Positions 42,427-52,298 of a stretch of 64,000 nt of DNA are shown here, piece after piece. The stretch is taken from positions 14,314 through 78,313 of the forward strand of contig CAMAYR010000001.1 in assembly GCA_945862355.1 (NCBI GenBank). The letters are read 5' to 3'. The DNA comes from Devosia equisanguinis (GTDB taxonomy: Bacteria; Pseudomonadota; Alphaproteobacteria; Rhizobiales; Hyphomicrobiaceae). Each line of letters starts with the position of its first letter. Position 1 is the first letter of the stretch. The translations under genes and the position numbers were made by a program. The notes under the pieces were generated by a model. It ran no database searches. It saw only the letters and a list, made by a program, of their open reading frames with translations, and was not told the DNA's origin.

Positions 42427-43512
42427 CTACGCGAGTTGCCGAATGATCTCGCGCGCGTCCTCGATCAATGTGCGCGTCAACTCACCGGCCGGCATCGCGC
42501 GACCGAGGCCCGCGGCCTGGCCGGCCCACAGGGGCGTGAAATCGACCGAGCCTGCTGCCTCGGCCGTCGCACGGAGCGGACCGCTCGCGGTCGCGGCATT
42601 CGGAAATGCTGGCGCGTCGGACGAGATCGGTCCGACCTCGCGCATCATGCGATTGACGATGCCGCGCGCGGGCCGGCCCGAGTAGACGTTGGTCACGGCG
42701 GTCGCGTCGGCGGCGGCGTTTCTCAATGCCTCGCGGTGGCCTGCGTGAACCTTGGCCTCCGGGCAATGCAGATAGGCACTGCCGACCTGCACGGCCGAGG
42801 CGCCGAGCGCGAACGCCGCCGCGATGCCGCGTGCGTCCGAGATGCCACCAGCCGCGATCACCGGCACCTTGACCGCGTCGACGACCTGCGGAACGAGCGC
42901 GAGCGTGCCCACCTGCGTGGCGAGCGCGGCGATGGGATCGCCGTCGAGGAACATACCGCGATGGCCCCCTGCCTCGAAACCCTGCGCGATGATCGCATCG
43001 CAGCCGTTCGCCTCGAGCCAACGCGCTTCCGCGGCAGTCGTCGCCGACGAGAGCACGAGCGCACCGGTCGCCTTGACGCGCGCTAGCAGCGCTGGCTCCG
43101 GCAGACCGAAATGGAAGCTCACGACCTCTGGCGCGAAGTGCTCGACCAACCTGCACGTCGCATCGTCGAACGGGCGGCGCTCGGCGGCGTGGATGGGAGC
43201 ATCCGGATCGAGACCGAGCTCGGCGTAGTACGGTGAAAGGCGCGCCTTCCATTGCGCATCGCGCGCCGCGTCGGGCTCGGGTGCGCGATGACAGAAGAAG
43301 TTGACATTGACCGGCCGCGGCGTGCGCTGGCGGATGATACCGAGATCGCGCTCGATCGCCGCCGCGCTCAGCATGGCGCAGGGAAGCGAACCGAGGCCCC
43401 CGGCTTCCGACACCGCAATGCACAGCTCCGGTGTGCCCGGACCTGCCATCGGCGCGAGCAGCAGAGGAAGCTCGATGTGGGCAAGTGATGTGAAGCGGGA
43501 TGCGATGGTCAT
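42427..43512 (-). CDS. Nitronate monooxygenase (NMO/2-nitropropane dioxygenase family)
   Basis: LPLLLAPMAGPGTPELCIAVSEAGGLGSLP and ...PVIAAGGISDARG. Confidence 0.85.
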   Translation of the reverse strand: MTIASRFTSLAHIELPLLLAPMAGPGTPELCIAVSEAGGLGSLPCAMLSAAAIERDLGIIRQRTPRPVNVNFFCHRAPEPDAARDAQWKARLSPYYAELGLDPDAPIHAAERRPFDDATCRLVEHFAPEVVSFHFGLPEPALLARVKATGALVLSSATTAAEARWLEANGCDAIIAQGFEAGGHRGMFLDGDPIAALATQVGTLALVPQVVDAVKVPVIAAGGISDARGIAAAFALGASAVQVGSAYLHCPEAKVHAGHREALRNAAADATAVTNVYSGRPARGIVNRMMREVGPISSDAPAFPNAATASGPLRATAEAAGSVDFTPLWAGQAAGLGRAMPAGELTRTLIEDAREIIRQLA

Positions 43513-43564
43513 GTTCTGCCGCCCTCGAGCAGCCGCCGTGATCGGTGCCACAACACGCTGAAGA

Positions 43565-44659
43565 CTACACCTCGATCGGTTTCGCCGCCCATTCCTCGAT
43601 TCGGCGGCCGACAAAGGGAGCAAGGCTCGTCGCGCCCTCCTTCTCCATAGCCGAAACGAGATGGGCCTTGATGATGTCGATGAGCCCGATGCCCTCGTAG
43701 ATCAGGGATGAGTAGAGTTGTACGAGCGTGGCGCCCGCCTCGATCTTGGCAAGCGCGGTCTCTCCGGAATCGATACCGCCGGAGCCGATCAGCAGCGTGC
43801 GGCCGGCGACAAGCCTGGCCACCTTCGCGAGCATGACCGTCGAACGATGGAATAGCGGCTTGCCCGATAGGCCACCTGCCTCGCGACCGATCTCGACGTC
43901 GCGAAGGCCATGACGCGAGGTTGTGGTGTTGGCGACGATGATGCCATCGACGCCATGGGCGATCATGCGCCCGACGATCGCGGCGATGTCGTCCTCGGCG
44001 ATGTCGGGGGCGATCTTGACGAGAACGGGCACGCGCCGGCCGCTGACGGCTGCTGCCTTCTCGCGCGCGGCCATCACGTGCTCCAGAAGCTGGTCGAGCA
44101 CAGCGGGGGCCTGCAGGTCGCGCAGCCCCGGGGTGTTGGGCGATGAGATATTGGCGGTGAAATAGCTGGCGATGCCGGCAAATGCCTCGATGCCCTTCGC
44201 ATAGTCCGCCGTGCGATCGGGCGAGTCCTTGTTGGCGCCGACATTGATGCCGACAATACCGTTGCGCTGCCGCCGCTGGAGACGCTCCAGTGCGGCGGCC
44301 TGACCGCCGCTGTTGAAGCCGAGGCGATTGATGACGCCCTTGTCGCGCGGCAGACGGAACACGCGCGGGGCGGGATTTCCGGGTTGCGGCAGTGGCGTGA
44401 TCGTGCCTATTTCGGCAAAGCCGAAGCCGATGTCGAGGAGCGCGTCGGGCACACGACCTTCCTTGTCGAAGCCCGGCCCCATGCCGATCGGATTGGGGAA
44501 GTCGAGACCCAGCGCTTGGACGGCGAGGCGCGGATCGTCGTGCTTCGATGAGCGCGGATAGAGCCCTTTCTCGAGTGCAACGAGCGTTGCCTCGTGCGCC
44601 TGCTCGGGCGGCATCATCAGCAAGAGCGGTTGGGCGAGCTTCGAGAGAGAAGTGATCAT
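43565..44659 (-). CDS. pyrD: Dihydroorotate dehydrogenase (quinone), class 2
   Basis: PEQAHEATL..., GLDFPNPIGMGPGFDKEG, FGFAEIGTITP, INRLGFNSGG. ATGA overlap with the upstream DUF952 gene. Confidence 0.9.
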   Translation of the reverse strand: MITSLSKLAQPLLLMMPPEQAHEATLVALEKGLYPRSSKHDDPRLAVQALGLDFPNPIGMGPGFDKEGRVPDALLDIGFGFAEIGTITPLPQPGNPAPRVFRLPRDKGVINRLGFNSGGQAAALERLQRRQRNGIVGINVGANKDSPDRTADYAKGIEAFAGIASYFTANISSPNTPGLRDLQAPAVLDQLLEHVMAAREKAAAVSGRRVPVLVKIAPDIAEDDIAAIVGRMIAHGVDGIIVANTTTSRHGLRDVEIGREAGGLSGKPLFHRSTVMLAKVARLVAGRTLLIGSGGIDSGETALAKIEAGATLVQLYSSLIYEGIGLIDIIKAHLVSAMEKEGATSLAPFVGRRIEEWAAKPIEV

Positions 44660-45006
44660 GGAGTGAGATCCTGAGCCAGGATGGGCACGCCGTCGGGATC
44701 GAGCGGCAGCGGCTCGACGCGCAGGGCGAGCGTCGTGGGAAGTGGTCCGTAGAGATGCGGGAACAGGGCGCCGCCACGTGATGGCTCCCACTTCAATGAT
44801 GGACCGAGGCTGGCGGCTTCGAACGCTGCCAGCACGAGATCCGGCTTGCCTCGGAAGTACTTGGCGGCCGTTCCCCCGAGTTGCTCGGCCGTCGAAAAAT
44901 GAATGAAGCCGTCGCGGACGTCGTCAGCGGAGCCAGCATAGCTGCCGGAGCGCACAGCGTCCCGCCATTCGTGCGCGGTGAGGATCTTGTAGATGGTTTT
45001 GGTCAT
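44656..45006 (-). CDS. DUF952 protein
   Basis: MTKTIYKILTAHEW...DGFIHFSTAEQ...SRGGALFPHLYGPL. Confidence 0.8.
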   Translation of the reverse strand: MTKTIYKILTAHEWRDAVRSGSYAGSADDVRDGFIHFSTAEQLGGTAAKYFRGKPDLVLAAFEAASLGPSLKWEPSRGGALFPHLYGPLPTTLALRVEPLPLDPDGVPILAQDLTP

Positions 45007-45136
45007 GGCTGGGTTATACGTCGTCGCGCGGGCACGCGCAGCCGAGTTTCCACCGCTGGTGCATTGCTGGAATGGGAACGTGTTCTTGCAAGGCGATACT
45101 CCAGCGACCGCGCTCATGCAATCTGAGCGAGGCACC

Positions 45137-45577
45137 CTACAGCAGGCCCAACTCCGCCAGCTCCTTGCGCATCTGAAGCGGCATGCCTGCGAGATCGTCG
45201 AGGACGCGCGTATCGAGATCGGGGGGAGCGTCCTCGGCTTCGAGGTAACGCCAGCCCTGGAATGCGCGGCGAGGCGTCGGTCGCACAGGGATCAACGCGT
45301 TCTCCAACAGGATCAGGCAACAAGCCCGGCCGTCGGGCCGCGTACCTTCATCGAAGCCTATGAGCTTCTGTCGCGCCAGGATCATGCCCTTGATGACCCA
45401 GTAGATCGAGCCACCGTCGAGCAGGTCCGCATCGCGCTTGGGGCGCTGGCCGGTGCGATGAAACAGCCGCGGCTTCTTCTCTCCCGATGCTTTCATCTGG
45501 AGAAGGCGCTCGGCCTGCCAGCCGCCGAGATCCTCGATCGAGTCGGTGCCGACACTGAGCTTGACGAGATGAAGCAT
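45137..45577 (-). CDS. DUF1489 protein
   Basis: MLHLVKLSVGTDSIEDL...GGSIYWVIKG... Confidence 0.75.
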   Translation of the reverse strand: MLHLVKLSVGTDSIEDLGGWQAERLLQMKASGEKKPRLFHRTGQRPKRDADLLDGGSIYWVIKGMILARQKLIGFDEGTRPDGRACCLILLENALIPVRPTPRRAFQGWRYLEAEDAPPDLDTRVLDDLAGMPLQMRKELAELGLL

Positions 45578-45667
45578 GATGGGGGCTGGGTTTCGGGTTC
45601 CGGGATATGGCTGGGCGACCACTATAGCGCTGGGGAGCGTTGGCCCCCAGAAGGCGGCACCAATTGC

Positions 45668-46048
45668 TCACAGGATCTCGTTCAGGCGCTCGGAGGGCCG
45701 GCACAGGCGCACGCCCATGGACGTGACGACAATCGGGCGGTTCATCAGGATTGGGTGCTCCGCCATCGCGTCGACGAGCGCATTGCTGGTAGAGCCCTCG
45801 AGGTCGAGGCCGAGTTCGGCGAATTCCTTTTCCTTGGCGCGGATAAGTTCGCGCGGGGAGAGCCCAGCGGCCTCCATCAGCTCCACGAGACGGATGCGAC
45901 CCGGGGGATGTTTAAGGTACTCGATCACCTCCGGCTCGATTCCTGCGGCTCGGATCGCGGCCAGCGTGGTGCGCGAGGTGCCGCATTTCGGATTATGGTA
46001 GATCGTGACTGCGGGCTTGCCGTTCGTAATGCCGGTGAACTCAGCCAT
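45668..46048 (-). CDS. arsC: Arsenate reductase, glutaredoxin-coupled ArsC family
   Basis: TIYHNPKCGTSR...HPILMNRPIVVTSMGVRLCRPSE closely parallels E. coli R773 ArsC. Confidence 0.85.
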   Translation of the reverse strand: MAEFTGITNGKPAVTIYHNPKCGTSRTTLAAIRAAGIEPEVIEYLKHPPGRIRLVELMEAAGLSPRELIRAKEKEFAELGLDLEGSTSNALVDAMAEHPILMNRPIVVTSMGVRLCRPSERLNEIL

Positions 46049-46064
46049 TTCGTCGTCTCCCCCT

Positions 46065-46490
46065 TCATTTCGCCGTGCAGGTTCCGGTGTATTGCGCGAT
46101 CAACGGCTCACCGAACAGGCCGAAGTGGCGCGAATGGACGGCGGGGTAGGCGTTGCGCTTCGCGTCGAGCTGATAGACCGTCGTGATGTTCAGATAGCCC
46201 TCGGCGACGACCTCGAGGAAATGGTTGGCGCCTAGCGCGCGAACGATGCGCAGCGTCCCCTTGCCATCGGCGGTGACGAGGTCGGCGCGCTGGCCGTCTA
46301 GGTCGATGGCGCCGATCTCCATCTTCAGCACTTTCGCCGGGCGCGAGCGATAGCGACCCTTGGTGTAGGCCTGCGAAGCGCCGCGCGCGAAAGTGCAGGC
46401 GAAACCCTTCGGCGTCTCCTGGGCGCCAGCAGGTGCGATCAGTGCGAGGCTTGTGAACAGGGCGGCGAAGGCAGTCACGCGATACGGCAT
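46065..46490 (-). CDS. Hypothetical secreted protein
   Basis: MPYRVTAFAALFTSLALIAPAGAQE signal peptide. About 141 aa. No family recognised. Confidence 0.5.
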   Translation of the reverse strand: MPYRVTAFAALFTSLALIAPAGAQETPKGFACTFARGASQAYTKGRYRSRPAKVLKMEIGAIDLDGQRADLVTADGKGTLRIVRALGANHFLEVVAEGYLNITTVYQLDAKRNAYPAVHSRHFGLFGEPLIAQYTGTCTAK

Positions 46491-46759
46491 GGGTGCGACT
46501 TCCGGCTTGCAGATGGGGGTGTAAGGGTCTCGTCGGATCATAGTCCGGCCTGCAATTGCACAATACCCCTCGCGTCGCATCCCTCGCTAGATTACCGCCA
46601 CCACGTTGGGCGGTACGCTCGGGAACCTCGACTGGACGCTGCCCGCCGGCATCGCCGTGGCCTCCGCCATCGAAGCTTGGATCAAGCCACTGATCGGCTT
46701 CGGCGTTACGATGGTGACGCGTGGACTGATCTGAGCGGTTGGTGGCGCGGCCGGCGCCT

Positions 46760-48532
46760 TCATATGCCCGAGCCGGTGATTCGTTTCATGCGCTGCTGCG
46801 CGGCAGTATGGGCCGGCGTGTCGGCAGGCGCCTGATCGATTGCCCGCTGATAGTCCTCGCGAGCCCGGGCGACGGCGCCACTGCGCTCGAGGGCAGAGCC
46901 GCGATTTACGAGGTGCATGGCATTGGCGGGCTCCAACTCGACGAGCTTGTCGAGGTCGCGCAGGGCAGCGGCGACATCGCCCACTGCCAGATTGGCGCTC
47001 GCCCGAGCCCGGTGCGCAGTGACGTCGTCGGGGGAAAGGCGCAGCGCCTCGTCGAAGTCGTGTATCGCCTCGCGATGCCGCGTGAGGCGCGTGTTGGCCA
47101 GGCCACGGAGATAGTAGCTGGTGTGGCTCGAGCGATCCTTCTCCAGCGCACGATCAAGATCGCCGATTGCGTCGGCTGCATTGCCGCGCATGAGATGGAC
47201 GAAGCCACGCCCACGAAGCCCTGCAGCGTTGTCGGGCTTCAGGCGCAGTGCTTCCTCGAAGTCGGCCAGCGCGCGCTCCAGACGGAACAGCTGCGTGTAG
47301 CACTCGCCACGCATCACGAAGGCGTCGGCCATGCCCGGGTCGATACGGATCGCCTCGTCGAAGTCCGCCGTCGCCCGATCGCACTGCCGCTTGAACAGAT
47401 AGGCCGTGCCGCGGACCAGATAGGCCTGGGCAGAGCGCGGGTTGGCACGCAATGCATCGCCCGCGTCGGCGATCGCCTTCTCGAACGATCGCGCTTCGAG
47501 GGCACCGGCTGCACCGATCAGCGAAGGATCGAACTCGGGGCTGATCGGCGTGGAAGAAGATGCGGGCGAGCCCGAATGACGCCATGCAACCGCTGCCGAG
47601 GCGTCGGCCGGTGCGACGACGAGATCCCCCGACGGCTCCTCCCATACCTCCGAGCGGCCCGGCACGCCGAGGAACGGCAGCAGCCGCAGCGTGCCGGCGG
47701 CCGAGGCCAACCGCGGCTCGATCGCGACCGCCGCATCGAAATCGACCTTTGCCAGCAACCGGCTGCCGGCGCGCAGAAAAGCGTGACCGCGATGATAGTG
47801 CGCGAGCGCGCTGCGCGGCTCCAGACGAAGCGCCTCGCCATAATCGGCCAGGGCCGCCTCGTGGCGGGCTGCAAGCTCGTGGACGCGACCGCGGTTGAGC
47901 CATCCGGCAACGTGTTGCGGCTTCAGGGCGATGAAGCGCTCGAACTGTGCCTGAGCATCGACAAGCCTGCCACGCACCAGATGAACGGCGCCGGTACCCA
48001 GCAATGCACTGCCATTGGCAGGGTCGGCGGCAAGCAGGGATGCGAAATCCTGGAGAGCGCGGTCGGGAGCGCCGTCACGCAGATAGGCGTAGCCGCGAAG
48101 GCTCAGCGCTTCGGCGAACCTCGGATTGCGCCCGAGAGCCTCGTTGAGCTCCACTACCGCGCTCTCGTAGCGGCCGCGCCGATAAGCCTCCCTCGCCCGT
48201 GTAAAAGCGGCCTCCGCCGCGGCGATATCGGCCGAGGTGGGGATGGTGGCGACAGAAGCGACAGCGGCGCGCACGTTGCGGCCAGGAAGGGATGGCTTGC
48301 CGGAATGGGCGGGGCGGGGCAGATCCGCTTTGGCCTGAGGCGCTCCGGAGCGCTTTGCCCGTGCCGCGGCCGACGGCTGCGCAGTTCTGGGTGCTACCCG
48401 CTTCGGGGCAGCAGCAGGCGGTGCCTGACGGGCGCCATCGCGCACACCGGCCATCCAGTCACCCTCCTGGGCCAGTGCAGGTAAGCTCGCGACGAGGTAG
48501 ATCGCGGCCAGCAGAGCGGCAACAGTCCGCAT
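46760..48532 (-). CDS. Secreted TPR-repeat protein
   Basis: Signal peptide MRTVAALLAAIYLVASLPALAQE, followed by more than 10 TPR-like 34-aa repeats (...A.ADF..AL.L.P....A...RG...). Confidence 0.8.
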   Translation of the reverse strand: MRTVAALLAAIYLVASLPALAQEGDWMAGVRDGARQAPPAAAPKRVAPRTAQPSAAARAKRSGAPQAKADLPRPAHSGKPSLPGRNVRAAVASVATIPTSADIAAAEAAFTRAREAYRRGRYESAVVELNEALGRNPRFAEALSLRGYAYLRDGAPDRALQDFASLLAADPANGSALLGTGAVHLVRGRLVDAQAQFERFIALKPQHVAGWLNRGRVHELAARHEAALADYGEALRLEPRSALAHYHRGHAFLRAGSRLLAKVDFDAAVAIEPRLASAAGTLRLLPFLGVPGRSEVWEEPSGDLVVAPADASAAVAWRHSGSPASSSTPISPEFDPSLIGAAGALEARSFEKAIADAGDALRANPRSAQAYLVRGTAYLFKRQCDRATADFDEAIRIDPGMADAFVMRGECYTQLFRLERALADFEEALRLKPDNAAGLRGRGFVHLMRGNAADAIGDLDRALEKDRSSHTSYYLRGLANTRLTRHREAIHDFDEALRLSPDDVTAHRARASANLAVGDVAAALRDLDKLVELEPANAMHLVNRGSALERSGAVARAREDYQRAIDQAPADTPAHTAAQQRMKRITGSGI

Positions 48533-48686
48533 CCCGGAATCCTTCACATCAAGCAGGCCAAAGTAGCCTGCCGGGATGTCGCAGGCAACAGCTAGTCCGG
48601 GGCTGGACCGGGGACCGACGATCTCATGCTTCTCGATAAATCAGCTTGATCGAGACGAACGAACTTACACTCGATCACCCTGCACT

Positions 48687-49241
48687 TCATACTGGAGTGG
48701 ACGTCTCGCCATCATCTTCGCCAGTCTCGAAGTCGCTGGCGATGAAATAGCGGTCGCGGTCCATCTGCGCGGCGGCGCCGTCCCGCACCAACTCGATGAG
48801 CACGCGCCGCAATCGATCGGCCGCGAGCGGGGCCCCGACGGTCTGGCCGGTATCGGCTTCCGCCGAGGACGGATCGGCCACTGGCTTGTCAGGGCCCGAA
48901 AGCGCACGCTCGATCTCCTCGAACGACAAGAACGGGTCCGTGGTGGATTGTAGCAGTGCGTGAACCCGAACCTTGTCGGCGGCGAGCCGATCGCCACCAG
49001 ATCCGCGTGCAGACATCTCGTCGAGCCGCATCGCGATGGCGGCGAGGCGGGCTTCGATCCTCTCCGCCAGCAGTTTCACGTCAGCCGCCTGCCGATCGGC
49101 GGTGAGGGCTGCTCGGGCGGCGTCGTCGCGGTGGGCGGTGCGCGATTTGAAGGCATCCCAGCACCACCAAGCGATGCCGGCCGCGGCCGCGAGCAGGACA
49201 AGCTCGCGAATGATGTGAAAGAGGTCGGAAATCAATATCAT
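48687..49241 (-). CDS. Hypothetical membrane-anchored protein
   Basis: 184 aa with an N-terminal TM (LVLLAAAAGIAWWCW), a coiled-coil-like middle and an acidic C-terminus. Confidence 0.45.
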   Translation of the reverse strand: MILISDLFHIIRELVLLAAAAGIAWWCWDAFKSRTAHRDDAARAALTADRQAADVKLLAERIEARLAAIAMRLDEMSARGSGGDRLAADKVRVHALLQSTTDPFLSFEEIERALSGPDKPVADPSSAEADTGQTVGAPLAADRLRRVLIELVRDGAAAQMDRDRYFIASDFETGEDDGETSTPV

Positions 49242-49339
49242 GTGCTCCCGTTGAAGCGAAGAGGTTGCACCGGCCTTCGGGCCGCGTCGCGGTCCCGGCG
49301 GCGTGAAGGTTACCTTGCAGGCCGCTCCGGGGAGATGGC

Positions 49340-49418
49340 GGCAGAAAGAGCACCCCTTCGCAGGCCAAATTCATCACGGGGCTCTTCTGCCTTCGCCGAA
49401 GGTCAGACATCACTTTTT
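49340..49418 (+). promoter_or_regulatory. Structured 5' leader upstream of hupE (class unknown)
   Basis: A long imperfect stem GGCAGAAAGAGCACCCC...GGGGCTCTTCTGCC. Then CCTTC-gcc-GAAGG. A TTTTT run follows at 49414-49418. Confidence 0.3.
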
Positions 49419-49478
49419 GACACAAGCGGTCGGCGATGGCTAACTGGTTGCCGGTGAACGAACGGCTGGGAAGAGGTC

Positions 49479-50123
49479 ATGATGCTCTGCACATCGAAAA
49501 TGTTCCGCGCGGCTGGTGCCGTGGCCGCGATCCAACTCCTGGCCACAGCCGCCCACGCGCATCATCCGACCGGCGGCATGATGCCGACGACGTTCTGGCA
49601 CGGCCTGCTTTCGGGCATCGGCCATCCGATCATCGGGCCCGATCACTTAGCGTTCGTGGTCGGCATCGGACTTCTGGCTGCCATCGCCGGCTATGGGCTG
49701 ATGCTGCCTGCGCTGTTCGTGGTGGCGATGCTGGCCGGGCTGCAAATGCACATTCTCGGCTTGAACCTGCCCTATACCGAGGTGCTGCTCGCTGTATCCG
49801 TGGTGCTCGTCGGCGTCGCCGTCTGGCGCAGACGAGCCGCGCGCGGTCCCTGGCTCGAGGGGGGGCTGCTCGCCCTCGTCGGACTGCTGCACGGGTATGC
49901 ATTCGCGGAGACGATCATTGGCGCGGAGACGGGGCCGCTTTCGGCTTACGTGATCGGCCTTGCCCTGACGCAGCTCGCGATCGCCTCGCTCGCCTACCTC
50001 GTGGCGCGGCCGACGCCACAGGGCGAGCCTATGCTCGCGAAGGCGAGGGTGCGCACGCTCGGGCTGGGCATTGCCGCCATCGGCGCGATGCTGCTGGTCG
50101 CCGGCGTGAGCGCGGTAGCCTGA
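49479..50123 (+). CDS. hupE: HupE/UreJ-family Ni/Co transporter
   Basis: Signal peptide followed by AHAHHPTGG...GLLSGIGHPIIGPDHLAFVVGIG. Confidence 0.8.
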   Translation: MMLCTSKMFRAAGAVAAIQLLATAAHAHHPTGGMMPTTFWHGLLSGIGHPIIGPDHLAFVVGIGLLAAIAGYGLMLPALFVVAMLAGLQMHILGLNLPYTEVLLAVSVVLVGVAVWRRRAARGPWLEGGLLALVGLLHGYAFAETIIGAETGPLSAYVIGLALTQLAIASLAYLVARPTPQGEPMLAKARVRTLGLGIAAIGAMLLVAGVSAVA

Positions 50124-50206
50124 GCACGGTGGCCCGAGTAGGGGCCCACAGCCGACAACTCGAGCACGCAGGAAAACAACCAAACGCCCGCACTGGGCAC
50201 GCACTA

Positions 50207-50370
50207 GTGGGCGTCGCGCCCTGGTTGACCGACGGGGCGGCGAGGTCGTTGTCAACTAAGGCGCGATGAACGCCTCACGGAGCCATTGTCAATTCTAGTG
50301 GCCCTCATGTCGCGCCTGAATCGGACGGTCGTTGCCGCTATGATACGATTCAGGCGCGACGGGCCACTAG
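50207..50370. repeat. Composite hairpin repeat (modules A+B), left flank of nudC-eamA
   Basis: Module A is at 50207-50278. Module B is at 50295-50370 (CTAGTGGCCC...CGCGCCTGAATCG...CGATTCAGGCGCG...GGGCCACTAG). About 85% identical by hand alignment to the reverse complement of 52299-52460. Confidence 0.8.
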
Positions 50371-50424
50371 TCGTTGCAGCCGGCAAGCGGTCGTGCTGTG
50401 GTGCGCCGCCGAGGCACACCAACC

Positions 50425-51369
50425 ATGATACCGACACTCAGATCGAGCTCGCTCCTCGACAGGCAGAGCCAAAAGCGCGCGGATGCGGCCTATCTTGCCG
50501 CGCTCGCCGAGCGGGACGATGCGCGCTTCATGCTGCTCGTCGGGCACAAGCCCGTCATCGTGTCGAACGAGGCCCGCACGGAAGCTGCACTGCGATGGCT
50601 CAGGGCAGCGGAGCTGGCGGACGCCGGCTTGCCGCTCGATGCTCCGTTTTTTCTCGGCGTGGACAGGGAAAGCGGCGCCGGCCGGTTCGCGCTCACTTTC
50701 ACCGAGCACCATCTCAATTCGATTCCCCTGGCCCTGGGCCTGTCGCGCCCTGCCGTAGATCTGCGCGCTCTCGCCATGCAGGGCGTCATGTCGAGCGAGG
50801 AGCTATCGCTCGCCGGCCTCGCCAAGGCACTCGAACATTGGCACCAGAGTGCGCGCTGCTGCGGGCGCTGCGGCGGGCAGACGAGACCGCGTGACGGCGG
50901 CTGGCGGCGCAGTTGCTGGGCGTGCGGCGGCGACCTGTTTCCGCGCACGGACCCGGTGGTGATCATGCTCGTCGAGCATCCCGATCGCCGAAGCTGTCTG
51001 CTCGGCCGCTCGGGACGATTCGCGCCGGGCATGTTCTCGACGCTCGCCGGCTTCGTCGAGCCGGGGGAGGACATCGCCGACGCGGTACGGCGCGAAGTGA
51101 TGGAGGAGGCCGGTGTCGAGGTCGGCGAGGTGGCGTTCCATTCGGCCCAGCCCTGGCCGTTCCCGCATTCGCTGATGATCGGCTGTATCGCGCAGGCGAC
51201 AACCACCGCATTGACGATCGATCCGGAGGAGTTGGAGGAAGCGCGTTGGTTCGCCCGTGACGAGGTATGCCAGTTGCTGGAGGGCAGCCATCCCGGTGGC
51301 CTCACCGGTCCCGGCCGGCAGGCGATCGCCCGGGTTCTGCTCCGCGCGTTCTTGGAGCGGGACGCGTGA
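50425..51369 (+). CDS. nudC: NADH pyrophosphatase NudC (Nudix hydrolase with zinc ribbon)
   Basis: CCGRCGG...CWACGG zinc ribbon and Nudix box GFVEPGEDIADAVRREVMEEAGV. Confidence 0.85.
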   Translation: MIPTLRSSSLLDRQSQKRADAAYLAALAERDDARFMLLVGHKPVIVSNEARTEAALRWLRAAELADAGLPLDAPFFLGVDRESGAGRFALTFTEHHLNSIPLALGLSRPAVDLRALAMQGVMSSEELSLAGLAKALEHWHQSARCCGRCGGQTRPRDGGWRRSCWACGGDLFPRTDPVVIMLVEHPDRRSCLLGRSGRFAPGMFSTLAGFVEPGEDIADAVRREVMEEAGVEVGEVAFHSAQPWPFPHSLMIGCIAQATTTALTIDPEELEEARWFARDEVCQLLEGSHPGGLTGPGRQAIARVLLRAFLERDA

Positions 51370-52283
51370 GCCCCGGTGGGGCCAACCCGCGGCTCGGCAT
51401 CTTGCTCAAGGTCGGCTCTGTACTGGGCTTCACGCTGATGTCGGCATGTGTGAAAGCCGGCGCCAGCGTCGTGCCGATCACCGAGGTGTGCTTCTTCCGC
51501 TCGTTCTTCGCGCTGCTGACGATCATCGCCATCCTCGCCTGGCAGGGCGAGATGCCGCGAGCGATCTACACCCGCAATCCCTGGGGGCATTTCTGGCGCG
51601 GGCTGCTCGGTCTGGCGGCAATGGGGCTCAACTTCGCCGCGATCGCCTATCTGCCACTCCCCGACGCGATCGCGCTCGGCTATGCGATGCCATTCTTCCT
51701 GACGATCCTGGCGGCGCTGCTACTGCGGGAGGCGGTGCGCGTGTTCCGCTGGACGGGCGTGCTGATCGGGCTCGTCGGCGTGCTCGTCATACTGTGGCCA
51801 AGGCTGACGTTCTTCAAAGGCGAGGCGGCTTCCGGCGAGGCTATCGGCGCATTCTGTGCGGTAGCCGGCGCGATGGTGGTAGCGATCGGCTCGGTGGTGA
51901 CGAGCCGGCTGATCGTCGCGGAGCGCACCACGACCGTGGTATTCTACTTCTCGCTCATCGCCTCGATCGGATTCCTCGCGACCATTCCTTTCGGCTGGCG
52001 GATGCCCGATCCGGCGACGTTCGCCATCCTGGTACTGAGCGGGGTTCTCGGCGGCGTCTCCCAGCTTATGCTAACCCAATGCTACCGCTATGCGGATACC
52101 TCCACCGTCGCACCGTTCGAATACGCCTCGATGCTGTTCGGCATCGCGCTCGGCTACTTCCTGTTCAGCGAGGTGCCGACGCTGACCATGCTGATCGGCG
52201 CCTCGATCGTGATCGCGGCCGGTCTCATCGTGATCTGGCGCGAGCAGGTTCACGCAACGCGGCGCACGGGACGCCAAGCATAG
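51366..52283 (+). CDS. EamA/DMT-family transporter
   Basis: About 305 aa with 10 hydrophobic helices. The GTG start overlaps the nudC TGA (GTGA). Confidence 0.75.
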   Translation: MSPGGANPRLGILLKVGSVLGFTLMSACVKAGASVVPITEVCFFRSFFALLTIIAILAWQGEMPRAIYTRNPWGHFWRGLLGLAAMGLNFAAIAYLPLPDAIALGYAMPFFLTILAALLLREAVRVFRWTGVLIGLVGVLVILWPRLTFFKGEAASGEAIGAFCAVAGAMVVAIGSVVTSRLIVAERTTTVVFYFSLIASIGFLATIPFGWRMPDPATFAILVLSGVLGGVSQLMLTQCYRYADTSTVAPFEYASMLFGIALGYFLFSEVPTLTMLIGASIVIAAGLIVIWREQVHATRRTGRQA

Positions 52284-52298
52284 GGTGGCTGCCGCGAT

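Noticed and set aside
43509-44777. 422-aa minus-strand ORF in another frame of pyrD
   Set aside because: It is an overlapping alternative frame. The pyrD frame carries the conserved DHODH motifs, and this one is Arg/Ala-rich.
46739-48484. 581-aa plus-strand ORF
   Set aside because: It is antisense to the TPR-repeat gene, which has a signal peptide and regular 34-aa repeats.
49242-49478. Cobalamin or NiCo riboswitch upstream of hupE
   Set aside because: I could not find the B12 box, the GCCACTG core or the AGGGAA/GGTGAAA cores on either strand. It is kept only as an unclassified structured leader.
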